Shown: one piece after another, positions 29,266 to 38,444 of the stretch
Position numbering within the stretch: the first letter of the stretch is position 1
How the letters are laid out: every line of letters starts with the position of its first letter
Assembly: GCF_021246445.1 (NCBI RefSeq)
Contig: NZ_JAJQXW010000005.1
Coordinates: forward strand, 124,001 to 188,000
DNA: 64,000 nt
Direction of reading: 5' to 3'
From: Rhabdothermincola salaria
GTDB lineage: Bacteria > Actinomycetota > Acidimicrobiia > Acidimicrobiales > Acidimicrobilacustridaceae
Notes under the pieces: model-generated
The model's database searches: none
What the model was told of the DNA's origin: nothing
Seen by the model: the letters and a program-made list of their open reading frames with translations, nothing else
Position numbers and translations under genes: made by a program

Positions 29266-30914
29266 TGGCGACGGTCGTGGATCCACCGTGGTACGAGACT
29301 CACGAACTCAGCTCGGCGTTGGTTCTCGCGCCTCCAGGATGCGGCAAGACCGAGAGCCTCGCTCGATGGGTCGAGTCGCTTGTCGACCGCGGCCTGGTCA
29401 ATTCGCCTAAGCGCATCCTCGGCCTCACGTTCTCGAACAAGGCCAAGGCGAATCTTCGAGCTCGCTTGAAAGCCCACCTCGGTACCAGGTGGTACCGCCA
29501 TGCCCTCGTAACCAACTTCCACGGGCTGGCATACCGGGTCTATCAGCACCATGCGGGCGCAATCGGGCGTGTGCCGCTAGAGATAGCGCCTCAACGAGGG
29601 TGGCTCAAGGGCTTCACCAACGGGATCGTCAAGTCCACCGGATGTGACTCGGCTGAGCTCGCCTGTGTGCTTCGCTCCGCCAAGTGCGGACCGTTCGATG
29701 ACGAGCAGGTGTTGGCGCGGCTCGAGGCCGCCGGGCTGCACGCTGCGATGGAGTACGAAGCGGCGCTTCGGGCGCAGAACAGGGTGGACTTCGACGATGT
29801 GATTCGCTTGGGCCACCTGACGCTGGCCCACCCCGGGGTCCAGGACCTATATCAGTCGAGCTTCACAGCGGTCATCGTTGACGAGGTGCAGGACCTTTCT
29901 CTTGGCCAACTGGAACTGGCCCGCCGCATCGGTGGAGGGCGATCAGTGTACGCAGGCGACCTTGCGCAAGGGATCTACGGATTCGCAGGAGCGGAGCCAA
30001 TTGCCGTCCTTGAGAGCATCCGGGTCGAGGTGGACGCTGAGTATCGACTTGAGTCTTCCTATCGCTCATCGCCTGCAGTCCTGCGGGCCGTCAGCTCGGT
30101 GTCGAGGGAACTTGGAGGAGCAACCGTTCTCTCCGCCATCCCCGATGAGTGGAGCGATCGAGGGACCTTCAGGATTCTCCGCACGCGGCACGTGCTCGCC
30201 GAGGCTGAGGTTGTCTCGGAGCTGGTTGCCGGCTGGGTTAGGGCGTTCCCGGCTGACTCTGTAGCGGTCATCGCTCGCACGGCGTCGCGGCGGCGTGCCC
30301 TCGACCGGGCGATCGACGAGTCGGGTATCGCTGCGGAGATCTGGGACTTTCCTGCGCATCGCCCCCTCATTGCTGAGCTCTTGGCCCGTCACCTCGAGCT
30401 CGCCCTGCTCGTTGGGGATCCGCCCTTGGCATTGCAGGAGCTCTACAGCCGGTGCCTGGTGGACCTCGACGAACAGGACCTCGACGCCCTCGACGAGCTA
30501 CAGGAGGCTCTGGAGGCCATCGAAGAGCTGGTGGGGGAGGGGTACTCCCTGGCGGATGTGGTTTCGGGCATCCGGGTGTCCTCGGACCCCGATGCTCCGG
30601 TCGGCCCGGGTCTGCACCTCTTGAACGGGCATCTCGGCAAAGGTCAGCAGTTCGACCGGGTGGTGGTCCTGGGCTTGGAGGAGGCGATCCTCCCTCACTA
30701 TGCGGCGATGCTCGCTGAGCGATCTGGGGATCGTTCCCAGATCACCGAGGAACTCGCGGTCCTCCACGTGATGTTGTCGAGAGCTCGAGAGGATCTCGTC
30801 GTGACCGTTGCGGACGTCGTTCCGAAATGGAATGGGCAGGACATGGATCGGACACCAAGTCGCTTCTTGACGTTGTTGACGGCCGAGGCCGACGAGGTGC
30901 TTGATCGGCGTTAG
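29265..30914 (+). CDS. UvrD/SF1 helicase, GajB-like
   Basis: APPGCGKT, LTFSNKA, VDEVQD, GDLAQGIYGFAGA, SYRS, KGQQFD; TGATG coupling to upstream gene. Confidence 0.87.
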   Translation: MATVVDPPWYETHELSSALVLAPPGCGKTESLARWVESLVDRGLVNSPKRILGLTFSNKAKANLRARLKAHLGTRWYRHALVTNFHGLAYRVYQHHAGAIGRVPLEIAPQRGWLKGFTNGIVKSTGCDSAELACVLRSAKCGPFDDEQVLARLEAAGLHAAMEYEAALRAQNRVDFDDVIRLGHLTLAHPGVQDLYQSSFTAVIVDEVQDLSLGQLELARRIGGGRSVYAGDLAQGIYGFAGAEPIAVLESIRVEVDAEYRLESSYRSSPAVLRAVSSVSRELGGATVLSAIPDEWSDRGTFRILRTRHVLAEAEVVSELVAGWVRAFPADSVAVIARTASRRRALDRAIDESGIAAEIWDFPAHRPLIAELLARHLELALLVGDPPLALQELYSRCLVDLDEQDLDALDELQEALEAIEELVGEGYSLADVVSGIRVSSDPDAPVGPGLHLLNGHLGKGQQFDRVVVLGLEEAILPHYAAMLAERSGDRSQITEELAVLHVMLSRAREDLVVTVADVVPKWNGQDMDRTPSRFLTLLTAEADEVLDRR

Positions 30915-32068
30915 GTCGCTTTCTCGCTGAACATTGCCTCGCCGAATACCCGAGCGGCCTCGGCCTGCATGCCTGGGAGGACGTGCTGGTAGACGGTCAT
31001 GGTGAAGGCGGGGCTGCTGTGGCCGAGGCGTTCGCTGACGACCTTCACCGGGACGCCGGCCTTGAGCAGGATCGTTGCGTGGGTGTGGCGCAGGTCGTGG
31101 AGGCGGATCCTCGGCAGTGACGACTTGGCCAGGTGACGCTCGAAGCACTGGCTGACGTAGTCGGGGTGGATCGGCTCGCCGTCGGGGCGGGCGAACACGA
31201 AGCCGTCCTCGCTCCACCGTCGGCCGGTCAGCTGGTGCTCGGCGATCTGCGTCTTCCGCCACGCTCGTAGAACGTCGACTGTCCGAGCGTCGAGGTCGAC
31301 CATGCGGCGGCCGGTCTCGGTCTTCACGTCGCCGAGGCGCTTCTCGTAGGCGACGTTGGTGACGGCCTGGTGGACCGAGAGGCGGGCGGCGTCGAGGTCG
31401 ACGTCGCTCCACTGGAGCCCCAGTACCTCGCCACGGCGCATCCCGGTGTGGGCGGCGAGGTGGAACGCGGTGCCGAGCGGGTGGTCCTCGATCTCGGCGA
31501 GGAACTGGCGGAGCTGGGCGGCGTCCCACACCGTCATCGCCGAACGTCGACGCACCCGCGGCGGGTCGGCGAGGCCGGCCACGTTGCGCTGGACGGTGCC
31601 CTTGCGGCAGGCGTCGGCGAGCGCCTTGTGCAGCATGCCGTGGATGTTCCGCACGGTCTTGGGGGAGAGCCCTCCACCACCGCCGTTGAGCCGGCCCTCG
31701 GTGAGCAAGTCGGCGTAGAAGCCCTCGAGGTCCTCGGGGGTGAGGCGCTGCAGCGGGATCATCCCGATGCGGGGGAGCACGTGGGAGTTGATCGTCTGGC
31801 GGTACGAGGCGTAGGTGCTGTGGCCGACCTGGGTCTTGCGGACAGGGAGCCACCGCTCGACGAGGTAGTCACCGAGGGTGATCCGCTCGGGGGAGCGGTA
31901 GTCGCCGTCGTGCATCCGCTTCACGAGCTCGGTGAGCACCCGCTCGGCTTCTCGGCGGGTGGCGCCGCCCTGGTACCAGCGGCGGCGTTCTTTGCCGGTG
32001 GCCGGGTCGGTGCCCTCGTAGACGACGGCGTAGTAGCGGTTGCCCTTCTTGGCGACGTGGCCTCTCAC
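30911..32068 (-). CDS. Tyrosine recombinase/integrase
   Basis: TGMRRGE, VKT, LHDLRH, LGH, VY catalytic set; N-terminal arm-binding-like segment; AGGAGGAG RBS before GTG 32068. Confidence 0.95.
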   Translation of the reverse strand: MRGHVAKKGNRYYAVVYEGTDPATGKERRRWYQGGATRREAERVLTELVKRMHDGDYRSPERITLGDYLVERWLPVRKTQVGHSTYASYRQTINSHVLPRIGMIPLQRLTPEDLEGFYADLLTEGRLNGGGGGLSPKTVRNIHGMLHKALADACRKGTVQRNVAGLADPPRVRRRSAMTVWDAAQLRQFLAEIEDHPLGTAFHLAAHTGMRRGEVLGLQWSDVDLDAARLSVHQAVTNVAYEKRLGDVKTETGRRMVDLDARTVDVLRAWRKTQIAEHQLTGRRWSEDGFVFARPDGEPIHPDYVSQCFERHLAKSSLPRIRLHDLRHTHATILLKAGVPVKVVSERLGHSSPAFTMTVYQHVLPGMQAEAARVFGEAMFSEKAT

Positions 32069-32394
32069 GGCTCCTCCTGGCGTGCAGCCACGACCGGTCC
32101 GCTCGTCAGGGGACGACGGTCGAGGCGCCGACGTCGTCGAGGGCGTGCCTGGGCGAGGTCGGATCGGGTTGGAGGAGCACGTCGCACCGCAACCGGCCCG
32201 TGCTCGAGGCCGTCCACTTCGGCGGTGAGCCGATTGTGGCCCGGCATCTCGAGACGGTCCAGCGGCCACGGAGGCGGGGGAGTGGCCCACAGTCTCCGAA
32301 GGACGCGACGCCAGCGGCCGTGGGGAGTGGGATCAGGAGGGGAGGGCCGTCGAGCGCGTCGACGCCCGCCGTCACGGTCACCAGGAGGCCACCC

Positions 32395-32730
32395 GTGGAG
32401 ACGCCCCAGCTGCTGCCGGACTTCCTCACCGTCGAAGAGGCCGCCCGGGTGCTGCGGATCGGCCGCACCGCGGCCTACGGGCTGACCCGGCAGTGGCGGG
32501 CAACCGCGGGCGCCGAGGGTCTCCCAGTCGTGCGCTTCGGTCGTCAGCTCCGCGTGCCACGGGCGGCGCTCGAGACCTACGCCGGTGGTCCGCTCACGGC
32601 GCCGCCGACCGGGCGCGTTGCGAACAAGGTCCATACCTCCAAGACCCACCCCGTGAAGGCCGTCGCGTCGCGCCGCTTGTCGAATCCCTCGATCAGCTGC
32701 GAGCAGCCTTCGCTGTTCGACGAAGCCTGA
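32395..32730 (+). CDS. Excisionase-like HTH protein
   Basis: 'FLTVEEAARVLRIGRTAAY...LPVVRFGRQLRVP'; AGGAGG RBS; divergent from integrase. Confidence 0.85.
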   Translation: METPQLLPDFLTVEEAARVLRIGRTAAYGLTRQWRATAGAEGLPVVRFGRQLRVPRAALETYAGGPLTAPPTGRVANKVHTSKTHPVKAVASRRLSNPSISCEQPSLFDEA

Positions 32731-33003
32731 GCGCCGACGGAACTGCCGCTCGGGCCTGAGCTCGGGGCACATGCGCGTCTGACGTCGTAGATCGTCGCGG
32801 TCGTGATCGGGGCCGAGCCGCGCCGTGACCTCGTCGCGCCCCTGCCCGTCTTGAGACCCTTCACGGCCGTCGGCGGGACGCGGAGCGCCGGTGCGCTCTC
32901 GGCCCGCGAGACCTGTTTCGACGCGGCATCACCATGTCACCTACACAGATCATCACCGTCGGTGTGCACATGACTTTCGTCGCGTCCGCTTAGGCTGCCG
33001 TCC

Positions 33004-33372
33004 GTGTCGGAGGAGAGCGCGGAGGGCGATGGTTCTGCCCGTCGAGGGCGGCCCCGGAAGTGGGCGTCCGAGGCGGAACGTAAGCGTGCCTACCGGGCCC
33101 GTAAGGCCGACGAGCTGGCCGAGCCCGAGCGGCTTCGTGCTGAGCTTCGCGATGCCCGCTCCGAGGTCCGGCGCCTCGAGAAGGAGTGCGCACGGCGGGA
33201 GAGGCTCGTCGGCATGGCGGAGCGCCGGTTGGCGAAGGAGACCCGGGAGCGGAAGGAGCTGGAGGCGAAGATCGTCCAGCAGGACAACGTCGTCGCCTTC
33301 TGGGAGAACCGGGCCCGGATCGCCGAGCGACGGCTCTGGGATCTCCACCACCCCGGGGACTCATCCGAGTAG
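33004..33372 (+). CDS. Hypothetical coiled-coil protein with GRPR/'RKRAYRAR' DNA-binding-like N-terminus
   Basis: 'RRGRPRKWASEAERKRAYRAR' followed by charged heptad region. Confidence 0.6.
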   Translation: MSEESAEGDGSARRGRPRKWASEAERKRAYRARKADELAEPERLRAELRDARSEVRRLEKECARRERLVGMAERRLAKETRERKELEAKIVQQDNVVAFWENRARIAERRLWDLHHPGDSSE

Positions 33373-33553
33373 GCGCAGGTCAGCCGGCCGTCGGGACCGA
33401 TACCGGGACCACTTCCGGGACCGAGATCTGGCCCAGGGGCGCAACGCAACGGTTGCCCGACCGGCGAAATCCGTCTGGAATCGTCTCGGCTAGGTTCGCA
33501 AGGGGAGGCGGGGACGGCCCGCATCTGGAAGGCATGGCCACCGTCAGGCGCTC

Positions 33554-34171
33554 GTGGTGGCGAGCTCGTACCGAAGGAGCTGTGTGGGGTTTCGAGAGGT
33601 CCCGGCTGCTGACCCAGACGATGTCATCCGTGGAACTGACCGGCGGCTCGTCGACTTCTGGAGGTGGGGCTACTCGGACCTCGTCTCCAACGACGTTCGC
33701 AGCGTCTTCGCCGAGTACCTCGTCGCCACCGCCCTCGGGGTGACCGATTCGACCCGGGTCTCGTGGGCGAAGTTCGACCTCACCTACCAAGGTCGTGGCA
33801 TCGAGGTGAAGGCCACAGGTGACCACCAGTCGTGGGGGGCCAGCGTGGGGCGTCCGAGACGGGTCTGGGGAATCGGGCCGACCCGTGGCTGGGATCCTGC
33901 GACCAACAGCTATGCCGATGAGGCTCGGAGATCAGCGTGCGCGTACGTGTTTGCCCACTGGCGCGGGGCCGATGATGCACCCCTCGGTCCGCTCGACGTC
34001 GGATCGTGGGTGTTCTACGTGGTGGCGACATCTGTCCTGGATGGGCGCTTTCGGGAGGCGAAGACTCTGTCGCTGAGTTCGGTCCAACGCCTCGTCGGAG
34101 AGGGACTCGCCGTGGCGTGCGGTCACGAGGATCTGCGAGAAGCCGTCGACGGGGTGCTCGGCCCCGGCTAG
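33554..34171 (+). CDS. PD-(D/E)XK restriction-endonuclease-like protein (start uncertain)
   Basis: 'FAEYLVATAL...FDLTYQGRGIEVK' E...D...EXK pattern; 'YVFAH', 'WVFYVV'. Confidence 0.65.
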   Translation: MVASSYRRSCVGFREVPAADPDDVIRGTDRRLVDFWRWGYSDLVSNDVRSVFAEYLVATALGVTDSTRVSWAKFDLTYQGRGIEVKATGDHQSWGASVGRPRRVWGIGPTRGWDPATNSYADEARRSACAYVFAHWRGADDAPLGPLDVGSWVFYVVATSVLDGRFREAKTLSLSSVQRLVGEGLAVACGHEDLREAVDGVLGPG

Positions 34172-34236
34172 CAGTCCCGATAGCCGCTGGTCGAGAGCCG
34201 GTGCCCTCGAGTCTTGCGTCGTAGGCTCGGATCTCG

Positions 34237-37059
34237 ATGACCCAGGCGGATTCTTCCTACGTTCCTCCGGAGCAGCGCGCCCGGCAGCGGATCGACGCCA
34301 TGCTCGAAGCCGCCGGTTGGGTTGTGCAGGACTACAAGGCGATCAACCTGTACGGGGGCATCGGTGTGGCCGTGCGAGAGCTCGTGACGACAGCGGGGCC
34401 GGCGGACTACGTGCTGTTCGTGAACCGCCAGGCCGTCGGGGTGATCGAAGCCAAGAAGCAGGGCACCACGCTTTCCGGTGTGGAGTGGCAGACGGTCAAG
34501 TACCAGACCAACGTGCCTGACGCTCTTCCCTCGTTCCTGATCGACGGCCGGCTGCCCTACGGCTACGAGTCGACCGGTGAGGAGACGTGGTTCACCTGTC
34601 GCCTGGACCCGGAGCCGACCTCTCGTCGAGTGTTCTGGTTCCATCGTCCCGAGACGCTCGAGTGGGAGATCGAAGGCCAGGTCGACCACGGCGGCGGCAC
34701 GTTGCGGGCCCGCATCCCCGCCATGCCAGAGCTCGTGCACGATCCGGCTCGCCTCCGGGATGCCCAGTTCGAGGCGATCACCAACGTCGAGGCGTCGCTG
34801 AAGGGCAACCGCTCCCGAGCACTCATCCAGATGGCGACAGGGTCGGGCAAGACGTTCGCCGCGGCGAACATCTGCGAGCGGCTCATCTCCAACGCTCAAG
34901 CCAAGCGCATCTTGTTCCTCGTCGACCGCGGCAACCTGGGCGAGCAGACGCTCAAGGAGTTCCAGGGCTTCGAGGTCCCGGGCTCGGGCCACAAGTTCAC
35001 CGAGCTCTACAACGTGCAGCACCTCACCCACAACAAGGTCGACTCGGTGGCCAGCGTCTCCATCGGCACGATCCAGCGGGTCTATTCGATGCTGCGCGGC
35101 GACGTCGAGCTGGCCGACGACATCGACGAACTGTCGACCTTCGACACCAGCCCCACCCGACCGGTCGAAGTCGACTACCAACCGGCGCTGCCGATCGAGG
35201 CGTTCGACGTGATCATCGTCGACGAGTGCCACCGCTCGATCTACGGGGTGTGGCGCCAAGTCCTCGAGTACTTCGACGCCTTCCTCATCGGGCTCACCGC
35301 CACCCCCGGCAAGCAGACCTTCGGGTTCTTCAACAAGAACCTGGTGATGGAGTACGGGTTCCCCCAGGCCGTGGCCGACGGGGTCAACGTCGACTTCGAC
35401 GTGTTCCGGCTCTCCACCGCCATCAGCGAGCAGGGCTCGACGATCGAAGGCGGACAGGGCTACGTCACCACCTTCCGCGACCGCGAGACCCGCACCGAGC
35501 GGCTCGAGGAGGTCGACGAGGACCTCACCTACGACGAGAAGGCCCTCGACAAGAAGGTCGTGGCCAAGGATCAGATCCGCACGGTCGTCCGGGCCATCCG
35601 AGACAACCTGCCGGCGATGTTCCCCGACCGTGAGCTCGATGAGCACGGTCGGCTGCGTCACATCCCGAAGACGCTGATCTTCGCCAAGGACGACAGCCAT
35701 GCCGAGGACATCGTCCGCATCGCTCGTGAGGAGCTCGGCAAGGGCAACGAGGTGATCGCCAAGATCACCTACAAGACCTCCGACGGATCGACTCCGAAGG
35801 AGGTGCTGCAGGCGTTCCGCGGCAGCTACTTCCCGCGCATCGCCGTCACCGTCGACATGATCGCCACCGGCACCGACGTGAAGCCGATCGAGATGGTCGT
35901 GTTCATGCGGATGGTGCGCTCCCGGAACTTCTTCGAGCAGATGAAGGGCCGCGGCGTGCGCACCATCGACGACCACGACCTGATCCAGGTCACCCCGGAC
36001 GCGCACCACAAGGACCGGTTCGTGCTCGTCGACGCCGTCGGGGTGACCGAGACCAAGCTCATCGAGTCCACCCCACTCGAGCGCAAGCGCGGGGTGTCGC
36101 TCGAGAAGCTTCTCCACCAGGTCTCCCTCGGTCAGATCAGCGAGGACCTCGTCTCGTCGCTGGCTTCCCGGCTGGCCCGCATCGACGTCCGCATCTCGCC
36201 CGCCGATCGCGACAAGATCGAAGCGGTTGCTGGTCATTCGATGAAGTCGATCGAGCACGGCCTCATCCGAGCCATCGACCCCGACGAACAGCTCGCTGCA
36301 GCTCGAGCCGCGGCCGGCACCAGCGAGCCGACCGATGCCGAGTTGGAGAAGGCCAAGAGGGTCCTGTTCGATGAGGCAGTCATGCCTCTCGCTGCCAACC
36401 CCGATCTCCGCGTCGAACTGGTCAACGTGCAGCGCAGCTTCGACCAGGTCATCGACGAGATCAGCATCGACACCGTCACCCGAGCGGAGTTCTCCGTCGA
36501 CGCCCGCGCCCGGGCCGAAGCCACCATCGACTCGTTCAAGGCGTTCCTCGACGAGCACAAGGACGAGATCACCGCGCTCCAGGTGCTCTACAGCCGCCCC
36601 TACGTCAAGCGCCTCACCTACGCCGACGTAAAAGAACTGGCCGATGCCATCAGCCGGCCCCCGCACCGCTGGACCGCCGAACGGCTTTGGGAGGCCTACG
36701 AGACCCTTGACGCTGCCAAGGTCCACGGCGCGGCGGGCACCCTGCTCACCAACATCGTCTCCCTCGTTCGGTACACGCTCGGCGTCGACGACGAGCTCGC
36801 CCCGTTCCCCCAGCAGGTCGAAGAACGCTTTGAGGCCTGGCTCACCCAACAGCAGAATGCTGGCCGGACCTTCACTGACGAACAGCTCGCTTGGCTCCGA
36901 CTCATCCGGGACCACCTCGCCGCATCACTGTCCATCGAGCCACGGGAACTGCTTGACCCGCCCTTCAGCCAGCACGGCGGCCTCGGCCGCGCCCGTGAGC
37001 TATTTGGTCACGATCTCGACGACCTGCTAGCCGACCTCGCCGAGACAGTCGCGGCATGA
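34237..37059 (+). CDS. hsdR: Type I restriction endonuclease subunit R (EcoEI/EcoAI-like)
   Basis: 'PADYVL...VIEAKK' nuclease, MATGSGKT, VDECHRS, GLTATP, 'FEQMKGRG', C-terminal 'PPFSQHGG'. Confidence 0.93.
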   Translation: MTQADSSYVPPEQRARQRIDAMLEAAGWVVQDYKAINLYGGIGVAVRELVTTAGPADYVLFVNRQAVGVIEAKKQGTTLSGVEWQTVKYQTNVPDALPSFLIDGRLPYGYESTGEETWFTCRLDPEPTSRRVFWFHRPETLEWEIEGQVDHGGGTLRARIPAMPELVHDPARLRDAQFEAITNVEASLKGNRSRALIQMATGSGKTFAAANICERLISNAQAKRILFLVDRGNLGEQTLKEFQGFEVPGSGHKFTELYNVQHLTHNKVDSVASVSIGTIQRVYSMLRGDVELADDIDELSTFDTSPTRPVEVDYQPALPIEAFDVIIVDECHRSIYGVWRQVLEYFDAFLIGLTATPGKQTFGFFNKNLVMEYGFPQAVADGVNVDFDVFRLSTAISEQGSTIEGGQGYVTTFRDRETRTERLEEVDEDLTYDEKALDKKVVAKDQIRTVVRAIRDNLPAMFPDRELDEHGRLRHIPKTLIFAKDDSHAEDIVRIAREELGKGNEVIAKITYKTSDGSTPKEVLQAFRGSYFPRIAVTVDMIATGTDVKPIEMVVFMRMVRSRNFFEQMKGRGVRTIDDHDLIQVTPDAHHKDRFVLVDAVGVTETKLIESTPLERKRGVSLEKLLHQVSLGQISEDLVSSLASRLARIDVRISPADRDKIEAVAGHSMKSIEHGLIRAIDPDEQLAAARAAAGTSEPTDAELEKAKRVLFDEAVMPLAANPDLRVELVNVQRSFDQVIDEISIDTVTRAEFSVDARARAEATIDSFKAFLDEHKDEITALQVLYSRPYVKRLTYADVKELADAISRPPHRWTAERLWEAYETLDAAKVHGAAGTLLTNIVSLVRYTLGVDDELAPFPQQVEERFEAWLTQQQNAGRTFTDEQLAWLRLIRDHLAASLSIEPRELLDPPFSQHGGLGRARELFGHDLDDLLADLAETVAA

Positions 37060-38444
37060 CGCTTCGCGTGCACCCGGATGAGATCGTCGCTTCCTCCTCG
37101 TCACCCCTTCTTGGTGTCGCCCCATGGTGGGAGCGAGCTCGACTCGGTGACCTGGTCGAGGTGACGAACGGGGCGGCATTCAAGTCCGACCTATTCAACA
37201 ACGACGGCGTAGGGGAGCCGCTCGTCCGAATCCGTGACGTTGGTCGGGACTTCACCCAGGTGCACTACGCGGGGCCGTTTGAGGAGCGCCACGTCATTGG
37301 TCCTGGGGACATCCTTGTCGGCATGGACGGCGACTTCCGGGTAGCCCCCTGGCTTGGCCCGCGAGCGGTACTGAATCAGCGAGTCTGTCGGCTCCGCGTG
37401 CTCGATCCCAGTACCTACGACGAGCGCTTTCTCCTCCTCGTTCTGCAGCCGTATCTGGACGCGGTACACGCCGTAACTTCTGCCGTCACCGTCAAGCACC
37501 TGTCCTCCCGCACGATCGAGGACTTGCCGATTCCCCTGCCTCCGAGAGCCGAGCAGGAGAAGATCGTCGCAGCGCTCGACGAACGCCTCTCTGGCATAGA
37601 CAACGCAATCCAAGCGCTGACGCGGGCCCGAGTCCGTCTTAGTCAGCTTCGCTCGCAGCTCGTCGGAGCAGTACTTGGTCTGTCGGGCGCGCCGAACCTC
37701 AATGACGACGATCCGTCGGTGCCACTACCGATGGGTTGGCGTTGGGTCCGAGCATCAGACGCGTGCGAGATGGTGTCCTCGGGGAGCACTCCGAAGGCCG
37801 CCGACCTCTATCCCGACTCTGGCGAGATCCCGTTCATCAAGGTCTACAACCTCGGATTCGATGGCAGATTGGACTTCGCCATCAAGCCCACGTTCGTCAC
37901 GAGGAAGACACACGAATCACTGCTCCGCCGCTCGCGGCTACGTCCGGGCGACGTACTGATCAACATTGTCGGACCGCCGCTCGGGAAGCTCTCGGTGGTG
38001 CCAGATGACTATCCCGAATGGAACATGAACCAGGCTGTCGCGGCATTTCGTCCGCGCCCGATCCTCCGCAGCGAGTTCCTCGCGTACCTCTTAATGGATC
38101 GAATAGTCGTCGATCCGCTGTTGCGGACGGGGAAGGCCACGGCCGGACAGATCAATCTGAACATATCGGCCTGCCGCCGGCTCTGGCTCCCTGTGCCTCC
38201 GGCCGAGGTGCAGGCCCAGCTGGTCAACCGACTCGATGCCGCGATGAGTTCGTGGACGTCCGCTCTTGATCAGGTGAATGCTTCGAGCTCAAGAGGTCAC
38301 GCCTTGCGTCGGTCGGTCCTCGCTGCAGGGTTGTCGGGACAGCTCGTGCCTCGGGAACAAGATGACGGTTCGGCATACGTGCCGCTCGAGCGGAGGCGGC
38401 GGGTGGGCTTGGTGAAGCGCAACCGGAGGGTGAAGGCGTCGTGA
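37056..38444 (+). CDS. hsdS: Type I R-M specificity subunit
   Basis: Two TRDs with conserved 'IPLPPRAEQEKIV', 'LPMGWRW', 'PVPPAEVQ', 'SGQLVP'. Confidence 0.92.
   Translation: MTLRVHPDEIVASSSSPLLGVAPWWERARLGDLVEVTNGAAFKSDLFNNDGVGEPLVRIRDVGRDFTQVHYAGPFEERHVIGPGDILVGMDGDFRVAPWLGPRAVLNQRVCRLRVLDPSTYDERFLLLVLQPYLDAVHAVTSAVTVKHLSSRTIEDLPIPLPPRAEQEKIVAALDERLSGIDNAIQALTRARVRLSQLRSQLVGAVLGLSGAPNLNDDDPSVPLPMGWRWVRASDACEMVSSGSTPKAADLYPDSGEIPFIKVYNLGFDGRLDFAIKPTFVTRKTHESLLRRSRLRPGDVLINIVGPPLGKLSVVPDDYPEWNMNQAVAAFRPRPILRSEFLAYLLMDRIVVDPLLRTGKATAGQINLNISACRRLWLPVPPAEVQAQLVNRLDAAMSSWTSALDQVNASSSRGHALRRSVLAAGLSGQLVPREQDDGSAYVPLERRRRVGLVKRNRRVKAS

Noticed and set aside
34168..36915. 915-aa minus-strand ORF (and similar long antisense ORFs at 8829-10454, 16886-19324, 19708-22275, 52968-55826)
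   Set aside because: Shadow ORFs opposite well-supported genes; expected in high-GC DNA
37056..38444. Phase-variable hsdS shufflon
   Set aside because: Single hsdS; no extra TRD cassettes, inverted repeats or simple-sequence tract seen
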